This document shows, in pieces, positions 46,090 to 62,981 of a stretch of 64,000 nt of DNA. Origin of the DNA: Octopus bimaculoides. Lineage: Eukaryota. The stretch spans positions 147,979,812-148,043,811 of the forward strand of contig NC_068981.1 in NCBI RefSeq assembly GCF_001194135.2, given 5' to 3'. Positions within the stretch are counted from its first letter, which is position 1. Every line of letters starts with the position of its first letter. The notes beneath the pieces were generated by a model that was given only the letters and a program-made list of their open reading frames with translations, made no database searches and was not told where the DNA came from. Both the position numbers and the translations under genes were made by a program.

Positions 46090-49000
46090 TACAAATCAAA
46101 ACAGGATATTAATACCAAAAATCATTTTAAATCTCCTATTTTGACACATATACATACACACACCTATGCCAGCATAGAAAGAAGATGCTAAATGATGATG
46201 ATGATGATGATGATGCTGCTGCTGATGATGATGATACACACACAGGCCTTCTCTCAGTTTCTATCTGCTAAATTCACTCACAGAATTTTGTGGTCTGCTT
46301 GGGGTTGTAGTAGATGACACCTAACCAAAGTGCCATGCAAAGGGACTGAACCTGAAACCTTATGTTTGGAAAGCAAACTTCTTACCAAATGCATTATACA
46401 TCTGTAAAAAAATGTTTTATTCTTGTTTTATTATATAATCCATGCTTGCATAACATAATCACAATATTCATGAGATATTGAAATCTAATTTATCAACTAC
46501 TATACAAATTTGGTTAATTGTGTAAAAGTACTGAAGCTATGCATTTCAGTGGAATTGACTGTACTACTACTGACTTTAGTGTTGTACTCCTGAGAAAGAT
46601 ATATCATTCTGTTTACTTTAGATTATCTAATGGACATGTTGCATCATTGCATTATATTATGGTTGATAAGGGAAGGGCAGCCATTTGTAAAAGCAATTGC
46701 TTTTGAATGATTGAAGTGTTTCAATTTGTGTTAAGCATTTTATCCATAATAGCATGGCAAAGGAGAGGTCGTTCAAAATGAAAAGAAGAAAAATATCTTT
46801 CACAGTATCAAAGATGCAGTGGTTTTTCAGGTTAAGGTGTTAGATTAGTTAGCGCATGTCATGTACATCAAGGAAAACAACAACAACCTCTTTTTGTCTA
46901 TGTTTTTGTGAAAGACATAAAGTAAAAGGGTTTTTTTTTAAAAAGAACACAACATCAAATTATATCAAAATATTCAGCTGTAGCATGATAATTGAATTGC
47001 TTAACAAATCCTAATGTAATCTGGATGGAGGATGAAATAACAAATCAGAGAGAAAAATATGAATGAAACTGATGGTGCTTTGTTTATTGTATTTCATAAA
47101 AACCAAAAGAGACCTCACACGTTTGATCATTTGCATAAATTTATATACAACTAAGTACAAACAAAGCTGTTTTTAATTTAGAGGCCTTGATATTGATTGT
47201 CATTGTTGCTATTTAGTATCAAATTAGTCCTGATTGATCAGATCTTGATTGACCACTGACCACCTTGTCCTTCTCTTAGCTATTACATAACTAGGACTAG
47301 ATTATCCAATGTGATTTTTTTTCTTTTTCTAAACAGTAGGATGATTCATTTCTTACATAGACACAAGTCTTTTTTTCATATATAAGCACAGACATGGCCA
47401 AGATGTTCAGAAGTTTGTTTCCTGGCTATATTTTTTAGGTTCAGTCTCATTATGTGGCACTTTGGACATGTGTCTTCTAGTATAGCCCCAGACAGATCAC
47501 AGCCTTGCGAGTAGATTTGACAGATGGAAACTGAAAGCAGCTCATTGTATATGTATGTGTGTATATATGTGTGTTTGTATCTCCTTGTTTTGACATGACA
47601 GTTGTAAATATGAGTGTCATTCAATTCCAATATTCTACAAAAATGTATCTGGCAACATTGGAATTATTAGGCTGCTTGGAAACAGATGAGAATTAGCAAC
47701 AGGATGGGCATCTAGTCTAGAAAATCTGCTTCGATAAACTCTGGTCCATGCAAGCATAGAAAAGTGGATGATGATGTTGATGATGAAGAAAAAGAAAAAT
47801 AAGAGAAATGGAATTATTCCAGAAAATTACTCTTTTAATAGTGTAAAATAAAACGGTTTTCATTGAGAATTAGAAGTAGTCAACTCTTTCTGTTTGGTAA
47901 GAACTTCAGTTCCAGAATACCAGACAGAGATCTAACCAGTATCTTTCTCAATTTAATGTTCATTCTACCATGGTGGCATAGGTTGGACCTGTTTACTATA
48001 CAGCATCTTCTCTCTTCTTGAGGTTCAGAATTTTAGAGTTTTGCTTTCATTACTCTTGTTATCTTTCTCCACCATAAGTATCCTCCACTGATAGCATACT
48101 GTACTTTTTCACCAGCACCATCATCAATTCATATCACACATCAGTGCAGTAAACTTTCTTGCATACGTTGGTTGATGCGTTTAATACTCTACCATTTTCA
48201 GGTTATTTATGCTTAGCCTTATCCTGTAATTCAAGTTAACATCATGCATTCAACAAACCCTGTCCTTTTTTCTTTCCAGCTGTCACAAACTTTCCATATG
48301 CAATGCTCATGTCATACTACAATGTAGCTGAGCTTTTTTTACACATGCTTCATACTAACTGCTTTTTGAATGAAAAGAGAAAGCCTACGTTGCCAACAGA
48401 GGCAACACAGTGAACATCTGAAAAATGAAGCTATTTTTTCATGTTCATAAGAAGTGTAGGAGTAAAACCATATATTAACTCTTGAATTATTTCAAGAATC
48501 TAATTCATAACGAATATTTCAAAGTCTCAAATTCAATGTTGTATGACTTGTAATTCAAAATCCAAAAGCTTAGGCAATTATTTTAAAACCTAATTTTGTT
48601 GTTTCCCTTAAATTCACCAGAAAAATTATAGTAATTTTGTGTTTTTTAACAAATGTCACATGTTTTTGAATCAAAAGCCACTCCAGAAATGCAACAACCT
48701 GAGTATAAATGCTTTATCAGAAGACATTAATTTTTTTAAATATATAATATTTAGAAGCTAAATAAGATGTATTCATGCAATCAATTCATGTCACAATGGC
48801 ATTTATTTAAAAATTGATTTTAGTATTAATAAAAAGCTATGCAATAATCATGTGCAAGACTTTTTTGTATTATTTCTGAGAATTAGACTTGAAAATGTAT
48901 TACTGATAAATGAAGATTATCTAGCATAGTTTTTCTGCCACAAAGTAATTGCCATTTAAAAACAAAAATTAATTCTTGGCAATGGAAACAATAAAAATAT

Positions 49001-50090
49001 AATAATGATGTTAAAAAACTGAAGAATTGAACCTTTGCTACTCTAAAATCAGATAAGATAATGTTCTTCAAGACAAACACCTTTGCTGGTGGCCATTTTA
49101 CTCAGATCATGATGGGGTGGTAACACCCATAAGTTAAATCAGTACAGATGAGACAGATAGCTTGTATGAAATACACATGCCAACAGCATAAATAATCTTG
49201 GTTTTTTTTTTCTCCAACTTCTTTCTTCTGAAACTGCTATCTCAGGCTCTATTTCGAAATTATTTCTCTTTTCTCAATAGCTGATTACTTGGTTGCTTCC
49301 CTTAATTTTCAACTCTCCTATTGCTCTCTTTCATAGATCTAATATTTCACATCTTTTATTTTTCAATGCTCTTAAATTCTTTTTAACGTATACTTGCAGT
49401 GGTAAAAAATAGCAACATAACTACTCAAACTCTAATGAAAGCAATCTGTCCAGGATGAAAAGAACTGAAATAGCTCTGAATCTCTTAGAAGATAACCTCT
49501 CTAGCTCTAGCACTTGTATGAAAATAAACATGCCTATTTAAACATGCAGTGGTTGACTTAATTTGAACAGTTTTCCCAAACCAAAGTTCCATAAGAAATG
49601 GGTTAATTTGGGACAAATATGTTTTTGAGTAATTTTTGTGTTTAACTCAATCTTTATCTTTTACCTCATACTTATTTCAGTCATAAGAGTGCGACCATAC
49701 TGGAGCACCATCTTAGTCAAACAAACTACCACTAATATTTATTTTGTTGGTCTCTTTTATCAAACAACTAAGTTACAAAATATAAATACACCAACACTGT
49801 TGTCAAGCACTGAGAGGAGAACGAAAAAACAAATTTATACATGTACATTATATGTTCTGAATCCATTCTTAGTTTTCTTCATTGGAATATGTTACTCGTC
49901 ATAAGACTCACGCATTGCTTTTACCAGTAATGTACTTGGAATTTCAGTTTTCTTCAACTTTCCAATTCAAGAGGATAGACTGACAGTAGTTCAGATTGAG
50001 TGGTGCATTGAAGAAACACCAATTTTCTACCCATTCAGGACCTACTCTATCTATCTATCTCTCTCTCTCTCTCTCTCTCTNNNNNNNNNN

Positions 50091-50125
<35 letters not shown>

Positions 50126-51052
50126 GTGTGAGTGAGTGTTTGAGATGGGCTTCCATAGAATTTTCATCTACCAAATTCATTCACAAAGCATTGCTCAGTG
50201 TGGAGCTATGGTAGAAGACAATTGCCTAAGGTGCTGCAGTTGCAAATTGAGCTTCTTAATGTGTACCTATATTCATAATTTAATCATAAATAGTTGATAT
50301 AATCAAAATACTGGCATCCATAGGTGGTGAGGAGATCTGTAAGGGGAAAAAATTACTTCTTAACAGGGAATTTAGTTGAAACAAGCTCTTGGTTATGATG
50401 AAAATTTCTTAAACCATGTTTGTGACAAGAATCAGCACTAACAAAATTTTCAATGAGTTTTATGCTATGTGGAGATTTATATTCACTTGAATCTTGAGGG
50501 CTTGCTGTTACAACTCTTTGATCACATTCAAGGCAACCATTTTATATATATATATATATGGTTGTGTGACAAGTCTGCTTCCCAATCACATGGTTCCAGG
50601 TTCAGTATCACTGCATGTCACCTTGGGCAAGTATTTTCTACTATAACTTTGGGCTTATCAGAGCTCTGTGAGTGGATTTGGTAAATGGAAACTGAAAGAA
50701 GCCAACTGTAACTATGTGTCTATCTGTACCCCCACCCACTGCTTGACAACTGTTGGTGTGCCTATGTCCCCATATTTTAATGGTTTAGCAAAGTGATCAA
50801 CAGAATAAGTACCAGACTTAGAGAAGATAAGTAAATACTGGGGTCAATTTGTTTGACTAAAATTCTTCAAGGTGGTGCCCTAGCATGACTACAGTCTAAT
50901 GACAAAAACAAGTAAAAGATAAAAGATATATATATATATACATATGTATATATGCACAGGCATTTTGTATGGTGTTATATAGTTCACTTCTCAACCAGTT
51001 GGTTTCAGGTCTAATACCACTGTCTCCTGCTTACTGACAGTTAATATTCTAT

Positions 51053-51251
51053 TAGAAACATTAGCACACCAGGTGAAATGCTTTGCAGTATTTCGTCTGT
51101 CTTTACGTTCTGAGTTCAAATTCCACCAAGGTCGACTTTGCCTTTCATCCTTCGGGGGCTGATAAATCAAGTACCAGTTGCATACTGGGGTCAATCTAAT
51201 CAACTGGCCCCCTCCCCTAAAAATTTGGGCCTTGTGCCTAGAGTAGTAAAG
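51053..51251 (+). mobile_element. About 200-bp SINE (same family as 57855-58075)
   Basis: B-box GAGTTCAAATTCC; 10-bp TSD AATATTCTAT at 51043-51052 and 51252-51261. Confidence 0.85.
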
Positions 51252-51494
51252 AATATTCTATCAGCAAGACTTCTCAAACAAGTATTCCCTTAGCAGTAAT
51301 ACCAAATACAATTTTCTACTTGAAACACAATAAATTTCAATTGTCTGTATACACTGAAGAGATATAGATCTTCAGAAATTGTCTGTGACCAGTGGCTTGT
51401 TAGTGAAATTTATTGATAGAAACTGTGCTGAGGCCTGTTGCATGAATTATACCTCATTCTTTTATGGTTACTGAAGTAAAAATCTTCTCTTGAC

Positions 51495-51702
51495 CAGTGG
51501 TTCTCAACCAGGGGCTACATACGATTCTGCTATTAAAATCTATGTGCAATAAATTGGTTATTCTTCTACAATGAAAAAAATATTTTAACTTTTTAATAAA
51601 ATTCCTGAGAACTTATTTAAACATTGAATGTTTATTAGTGTCCTGCAGAGTGAAATAGGAATTAAAGGGATCCATAGGCAAAAAAATGGCTGAGAACCAC
51701 TA
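51495..51702. mobile_element. hAT (Charlie-like) MITE
   Basis: TIRs CAGTGGTTCTCA and TGAGAACCACTA. 8-bp TSD CTCTTGAC/CTCTAGAG fits the NTCTAGAN target preference known for Charlie elements. Confidence 0.82.
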
Positions 51703-52154
51703 CTCTAGAGGTGATCAGCTGTCTTGAGACCTGGAGAAGGATAGGCTTCAACAGTTTTCTAAATGCATAAGACAAGTTGTATACTGAAATGGTGTCCCCC
51801 TACATTTCCATCAAGAGTTAAGGGCCTACCATCACTGCTACATATATCATTTAAAGTTCACTTTTCTATGCTTGCATGGAGCAGACAGAATTTGTTGGGA
51901 TAGATTTTCTATGGCCAGATAGATACCCTTCTTGTTTCTAAGCAAAGTAATATTTTCTCATAGTTAGACATGCTTTTCACAGATAATTGACGATCATACT
52001 CATTTACAACTATTATGTGGCATCAGGACAAGGATACATATACAGTAAATTTCTTGCTGTTTCCATCAACCATACTTCTGACACTGGATCTGAACACAAG
52101 CTCACATGGTTGAGAAAAAAACTTCTAAACCTCACAGCCACACCCATGTTTATA

Positions 52155-52300
52155 CAGGATGGTGCATAAATACCCAAGGTTCTGTAATATAGTGTAAATA
52201 ACAGAAATAAATTTACACACGCAAAAGCACTCAGCCTTTTGTTTGCAAGTCTATTTACTTTATGCTAAGGAACCTGGTTACTTTTTCACGTGCCACCCTG
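52155..52300. mobile_element. Tc1/mariner-type MITE
   Basis: TA|CAGGATGGTGCATAAA ... TTTCACGTGCCACCCTG|TA: imperfect TIRs with TA duplication. Confidence 0.6.
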
Positions 52301-54251
52301 TATACTGGTAAAAGATGTAAATATCAGTGTTTGAACAAAATTGCTAGTGTATTTGTCTATTGAGTTGCCCTGATAATCTATCATCACTCTTACCTTCAAA
52401 TATGAAGTGAACCAGTGACTGGCCCTTTAGAAATCTGCATTTTTTTTTTAAGTTCTCCAAATGCAATATAAATAAAGCCTCAGTTTTGATTTTGAGTAGT
52501 ACCAATTGAACCTTTAATTATCTAGTATTGATAAAATACCAGCTATAATACTTAGACTAGTCAAATTAATACTTTACAATAAAATTAGTCTCAAGGACTT
52601 GTCCACAGAAATCATTAATACGTCTTTTCTATTTAGTAGATTGAAGCAGGTTGTTTAATGAAGTAAATACTTCCTAAACACTTTAGCATTTAAAGTAGCT
52701 ATATTCAGCCCAAATATTCTACCTATTTTATGTTCAAACTAGCCAGATCCAGTCTTTCACACCTACCCTACAATGTCATTTTTAAAATGAACAATCACAT
52801 CATGGAAATCTTGAATAATGTGAATAGGCATTACATTTGATAGTTATCTGAAAGTTTAAGATAGATAAAAATGGTTACCAAACTCTGAAATAATCTCAAT
52901 ACACAAGACATAAAACTAGATATTAATCAATGAACTACATATAGTTACAGATACTTATTTACATAATAGTTGCAATGTACAAAATAATGTCGAGAACTCT
53001 TACCAACGAAAGGATATATTTAGAACAAGGGAGAGAACTCCATTCTCACTTCACTACTGAATATACATTCGATTGAGGTTCATCACCAATTAGTATGATG
53101 TAGATGACAAATATCAATGGTGCCACCACTTGAAGATTAACTCTAGTAAAACAGCATTTAGTCCGGTATGGTGCACTTTGAAGAACTGAGGCATTTCACA
53201 TAATATGAAACTACACTACATTTTAAGTATTTGCAATCCGATTAACTATACTTGATTGCTATAAACAGGAATAGCTGCTTTGTTAAAAACTTCCAACTCA
53301 ATGCACAGTATGTTGAGCTAAAAACGTCAAATATATACACTTATTTCATGGAAATATGTAAATGATCATAGTTAAACCAGTGCTCTCAAGTAAAATACCT
53401 GACGATGGTAGTATTTACTGAAACTATGTAGTATAATTTCGTCATTGTAAATACAAATACTCCAGATTAGGCTGTTGGAAATCTAAAAACACATCATTCA
53501 ATTTCATGTAATAGTTATAGCTAACATACACCTTACGAATTCGATTACTGGTGGTGGTGTGTCCTTGAGCAAGACGCTTTATTTCACTGTTCCAGTACAA
53601 TCAGCTGACAAAAACGACTAGTACCTATCTTTCAAAGGGTTGACCATGTCACATTGTGTCATGTTGATTCTCTCTGAGAATTACATTAATGACATGTGTC
53701 TGTGGCCTTGCATCCAATTAACTGGAAACCTTGCCGTTTTGCCAGTTAGAAACGTCTGAAAGATCACAAGTTCATAACTTACATGATTATCAACAGCCGA
53801 TTTGAAAACTACAACTAGCTCCCTGCAGAAAGTCATTAAGAATTATTTTACTAGAAGTGTTTACTTAAAAGAATTGCTCATAAGCAGAAGTCAGTGTGTA
53901 GACAAAGCTGACAATATAAGGGACATAACTTATCTGCAGGTCTTTTTATATATACATATTTAACACTTGTATACTACTTAATTTAAGGTTTTGTCATTCA
54001 ATACTATCATTTTACGTAACGGGTTGGAAGCAATAACCAACATCTAAATTAACCCCAACATTATAGGTGTTTGTTAACACTAAGAATTAAGAAACACCTA
54101 CAGTGTTGCAACAAGCTTGTTTTGATCTCATACAGCACCAAATAAGTAGGACACCCAGTAAGCTTCAGGATATTTACAATGCAATGCATGTATATATACA
54201 TATACAAAAGGGACTATATAGACAACAGGAAACAAGAATCACATGTTGATG

Positions 54252-54257
54252 TTTATT
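54252..54257 (-). terminator. RPS5: Polyadenylation signal AATAAA of RPS5
   Basis: TTTATT on + at 54252-54257, 31 nt after the RPS5 stop codon. Confidence 0.75.
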
Positions 54258-54287
54258 GATACCAAATTTCCAACCAAAACACAAATT

Positions 54288-58274
<3,987 letters not shown>

Positions 58275-60113
58275 GATGGGTTTCTGAAATTAAATATGGG
58301 TTCAATTAGGTTACTTTCATTAATAATCAATGTAATCAGAGGAATGTTAATTTAACCTAGACTAGTATAGCTAACAACATTATACTGGTGCGTAATGTTG
58401 CAATATTGGAATTCAGTTGTAAATCAAGGGTGAAATGACGAAAACTTGAAATTATGAACGAAACTATTTTCTGAAGTCAATTGACAAACATGTCCTAGGC
58501 TGTGAAATGTTTACTCAACAAGGAATCTTTCAAACACGAATATTGTTAGTGATGGCATGAAATAAAAATTCATACAATGTGATCCTGTTAAAAACTACAA
58601 TTTCCATACTGCTGTAGATAGTTACAAATTAAGATGCTGCAAGTATAAAGGTAGAAGAAAAGTATTCTATATGAGCCACACTTTCAACTGAATAAATATA
58701 AATTTTATCAATACACAACTGTTTTTGTTCATCTTTTGTGACAATACTTTCATTTTATATTTCTAAGCTTGCAGAATGCCTTCATTATCTCCCCCCGTAT
58801 TTTGAGGAATGCAAGACAGGGCCCCAATATTAACGATCTTCTCTTTATATATACACACATAACATCTAATTTCCACTTTTTCACGCTCCCATGGGTCACA
58901 CAGAATTTGAGGCAGATATTCTACACCCAGATGTGCTTCATGACGGCAACCCTCACTTGTTTCTAAGCAAGGTAATATTTCCACATGGCCTAAAGTTTTT
59001 TTTTTTTGCACAATTACGGAAACAAACCTAGTCCGTGTGACGGCTGCTCTGCTCATCTCAAGCATCACACGGTGTCTGGACAAAGATACGCACAAATATA
59101 TATATCACACATACACACTACAAGCTTCCATTCAGTTTCCATCATCAAATTCACTTGCAATGGTTTGGTTGGTCAGGAACTACAGAAGACACTTGCAAGC
59201 CCTGCAGAACGAATCCAAGACATGGTTGAGAAGCTTCTTAACCACATCTGCACCCACAACACACTTTTTTCAAGATTTACTAACTGAAATGCAGTTAAGT
59301 ACTTTGCCAGGTTTCACTTTAACGGACAATCCTTCATATCGAAAACCAATATGAAAATACAAACATGAACGTCACTAATTTCTTCGAAATAAACAAATTA
59401 TATTTTAGTCCGATGATGAAGGAATTGTATTCCGAAATATCATCGGACTAATGATAACTAAATTACAACAGGTATATAGTCCATTTTTTGTATTATAGTG
59501 CATTGTTGTACCATTCAAAACTTTTTATTCTTTACAAACAATACACAATGCTTCAAACGAACTACAATACTCTCCTAAAATTATAGTTTTTTTATGTAAA
59601 AAAATTTTTTAATAAAGATTTTATTGTTTAGCTATGAGGTTCTTACCAGCAATGCCACTTATTTTATCTCGAAAGAGACAGGTTCAAGTATTCTTATACA
59701 AACTTTACTGACACTCGTGTTTGTATTTTGGTTGAATTTACGCTAAATTCACAAAGGAATACCTTTTAAGCAAATGACGGGCAGGGGTAAAAAATACACA
59801 CATCGCCCGTTTTCGGCGTAACAAAAACCTTAACTCTAAACACCGGGTGTACTTACGCAAATTTAAGTCCCTTTAAAGCTTCATTAAGGACTTAAACCAC
59901 ATGGTATTTACAGCAACACGGATTTTCGGAAGAACCGTGCCGTTTAATGAATATCGGAAGCTTGGGGTGGGGGCTGAGGTACATGCCTATTTTATAGAAG
60001 TATTTGCTAACTTAAATTACGAATCTTAGTGATCAAAGAGAAAATTTCACTTTCCAGAAAAAAAAAAAATCGAGATTCCAGACATCAAAATAACTTCGTT
60101 ATGTCTCAATATA

Positions 60114-60168
60114 GGGCGATCTTACGATACCAAGGCCGATCTTCGGTACTAGTATCGTAAGATCGCCC
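60114..60168. mobile_element. 55-bp palindromic micro-MITE or hairpin in RPS5 intron 1
   Basis: Perfect 17-bp arms GGGCGATCTTACGATAC and GTATCGTAAGATCGCCC. Direct repeat AATATA at 60108-60113 and 60169-60174. Confidence 0.6.
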
Positions 60169-60834
60169 AATATATATTATAAAGATTAATTACGTGTTCC
60201 TCATTTTTAATTACTTTTTCTTAGGTGCTATGGATCGGCAATTTAACCGGTACTAGCGGATTTAGAAATGTAAATTATTCAATTTTAGACAATACGATTC
60301 CCCAAAAATGAAATGGAATAACTGCAATTTGTTTTCCATATAGTATTTTAAAATTAAATGATAAAGAGGGTGGTATTTATCAAAAGGATATGAAAAATTA
60401 TGGGGAATCAGGTTGTTACGAGCGAGACACGAGTTAACCACGTTTACTAAATTCTCGTATCTGGAATCCGTGTATCTTAATACTGCATATATATATATAG
60501 ATATCATATCTACAAATAATTGTAAAAGCAAAGCTATACTAAATAAAATCGACCTTAGGTTTATATAGCCTAATCTTATCGTTCAAAAAAGAATTGCTTT
60601 TGCAGTTTTCAGCTTTTTAAGAAAAATGAGGCAACATGGCGCCATCAGTGACAAATAAGCGTGATATTTTTTACTATTTTATCTGATATTTTAACAAGAT
60701 ATGACTATACAAATATCCAAATTAGTAAATATGTTTAAAATAGATTAATATGTAATCAATTAAACAGACTTAAAATAAATATAACAGGTAAAAATCAATT
60801 TAAATAAGCCAGCAACATTCCACGTGAGACTTAC

Positions 60835-60945
60835 TTGCACACAGGATAATCCAAAAAGAGGCTAGTTCAAAGTCTCGTTTGTAAAACTTTATTGGCAAAA
60901 TCTCGTTTATTCTCGTAAATAGTGACGAGACCGGACCGGAAATAC
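60835..60945 (-). promoter_or_regulatory. RPS5: RPS5 non-coding exon 1 (60860-60835) with TCT initiator / 5'TOP and core promoter
   Basis: Minus strand reads gC+1TCTTTTTGGATTATCCTGTGTGCAA|gtaagt, matching the TCT consensus YC+1TYTYY and a perfect donor. ATAAAA lies about 30 nt upstream and ETS-like ACCGGAAAT at 60935-60943. TCT/TOP starts are established for ribosomal protein genes; the TSS itself is inferred. Confidence 0.75.
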
Positions 60946-61278
60946 TTGATTCTTCCCTTCTACTTGATGTATTTAATTAAACAAAAAGAAAACCCCTATT
61001 TAGGCTGACATTATAGTTAATTCCACAGTATAACAACACAACTTATTAGAAATAATTAGTTGAGAAATCTATATCTTTTCCTTGTTTCAGTCATTGGTCC
61101 GCAGCTATCGCGGGACACCGCCTTGAACTGTTTCGTCGAACAAATCGACCTCAAAATTTATATTTTTAAAGTTTGGTATTTATTCTATCGGTGTATAATG
61201 CTGAGCAGCTAAGTTACGGGGACGTAAGCAAACCAATACCAGTTGTCAAATGGTGGTAAAGGGAACAATCTCTACCTT

Positions 61279-61609
61279 TCCCCCCCTTATTATTTTTTTT
61301 TTTTTACGGAATCCCACGTTTTAGGCTATGGAGATTCCGATTCTGAAAAAAAATTTTCAAAAATCTCAATTTCAAAATTTCGNNNNNNNNNNGACCCTGA
61401 CCCTAACCCTGACCCTAACCCTAACCCTAAACTTAACCCTAACACTAGTTTTGTGAGATTTGGCTGTTATTTCTAGCATGTAAATAGCCTGCTTGGTGGG
61501 GGTGGGGGGGAATTGAAATTTTTCAAACAATTTTTTTTCAGAATCGGAATCTCCATAGTGTAAAACGTGGGATTCCGTAAAAAAAAATAATAAATAAGGG
61601 GGGGGGGTC
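61279..61609. mobile_element. Foldback MITE with about 100-bp TIRs and a central telomere-like block
   Basis: CCCCCCTTATT...TACGGAATCCCACGTTTTA..CTATGGAGATTCCGATTCTGAAAAAAAA mirrored at about 61515-61609. (CCCTAA/CCCTGA)n at 61393-61443 follows a 10-N gap. No TSD found. Confidence 0.75.
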
Positions 61610-61649
61610 AGATTACATATAGTCCTTCTCTACCATATATATTTATAGG

Positions 61650-62172
61650 ACACTACAGACAATATATTCTATAGATTCAAATCCAAGAAATTTCCTCCGA
61701 AAATCAAAGGCTTGCAAGACTTCGAAACAGACCTACTGAAGATCATGGACAAGATAGAATTTTGTAAGTCTTTCAACACTTTCCAACAGAAACTGAAAAA
61801 AGACAACAATTACATAAAAAATTCCAAACAAAAGGCATTTTTTTCCGATAAAACCAAGAACTTATACTTAGTAGAGAACAGCACATATTCACGACTCCTA
61901 CATAACAGCATCATCAACAATTACACCAAGGCTAGACCACAAGCCTATAACGATATTAATAAAGAAGCTAGCAATATCGCCACCAGACCCAAATTAGATT
62001 TTTAAAATAGAGGTCCTCCCCAAAAAAGAGGCCTTTATAACTATCAAAGACCATATAAAGAACTTCCGATCTAATCCTAAGTGTAGACTTATTAACCCAG
62101 CTAAATCAGAACTTGGCATTATTAGTAAAGAAATTTTAGGGAAGATCAATGCGGAAGTCAGGAATGCCACTA
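61650..62172 (+). pseudogene. Penelope-like retroelement (PLE) ORF fragment, N-terminal RT region
   Basis: FKSKKFPPKIKGLQDFETDLL...FSDKTKNLY...YTK, a frameshift near 62005, then EAFITIKDHIKNFRSNPKCRLINPAKSELGIISKEIL. I recognise these motifs (ADKTxNLY; TLKDHK; CRLINPAKSE) from marine-invertebrate PLE reverse transcriptases. Confidence 0.8.
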
Positions 62173-62981
62173 GGTTTATCTAATTTTTTAAATAAGCCGC
62201 TTCACTTCATGGTCTCTGAATCAGCTAAAAATAGCAGCCAAATTTTCTTTACATCACACCCCACTGTCTTGGAAAGGGAACAACATATCGAGCAATGGGA
62301 GGAGTTTCAGAATAATGAAGCCCTACTCTCGTAACTTTATTTTCTTTCAAAGTATTCTTCAAATGTCAATGTTTTTTTTTTGTTTTTTTTTTATAACATC
62401 AGAGACAATTATTCTGAAATAAAATTTTCGGTTAATGTCTACTTTAACTCCCGGCCACAAAAAACCCCCAAAACGAAAGACAAGTGTAATAGGTGTATTA
62501 AACGAATATGAGAACAAAAATTTGTGCCAACGAACCGATTGTAAAGAAACTTTACACTTTGCCAATTATTACTCTTCCTTTTTTTTTTTTTTCTGGTGGC
62601 CGAATGTTCTCCCCACCACCTCGGAAAAAATTTCCCCACAAATTTCGGTCAATATAAAGATCTTCACCCGGGAACAAAAAAAAAAAACCAGCCTGGTGGG
62701 TGTTAACAAGAATGTAGAAAACAAATATGAGAAAAAAAAATGCGCGCTGACGACCCTGGGTGTGTGGGGAGGAGGGCTTTCGGAAAATTCACAAGATCCG
62801 AGTTTTCCGCAAATATAGAGAAACATAGCGGGTGATACAAGGGGCGGTAACTTTTACCAGTCAGATATTACTAATGATACGAGGGTCCGAAAATATCGTC
62901 TGCGAATTGCAAGAAGATTGTTTCACTATCTTTTTCTTAAAATTCAATTTGTAACTAATATATACTATTATATCAAATTTT

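Noticed and set aside
48290-53200. Exon-like stretches at about 48290 (+), 52392-52432 (-) and 52995-53190 (-)
   Set aside because: Only one good splice site each or in-frame stops; cannot be supported without RNA data.
59413-59451. C/D snoRNA (perfect ATGATGA C box)
   Set aside because: Antisense to the host gene, only about 40 nt, and no CTGA D box.
60636-60686. + strand gene start (gcaacATGGCG, strong Kozak-like context)
   Set aside because: Only 16 codons to a stop with no convincing donor; fits a YY1-type motif in RPS5 intron 1 better.
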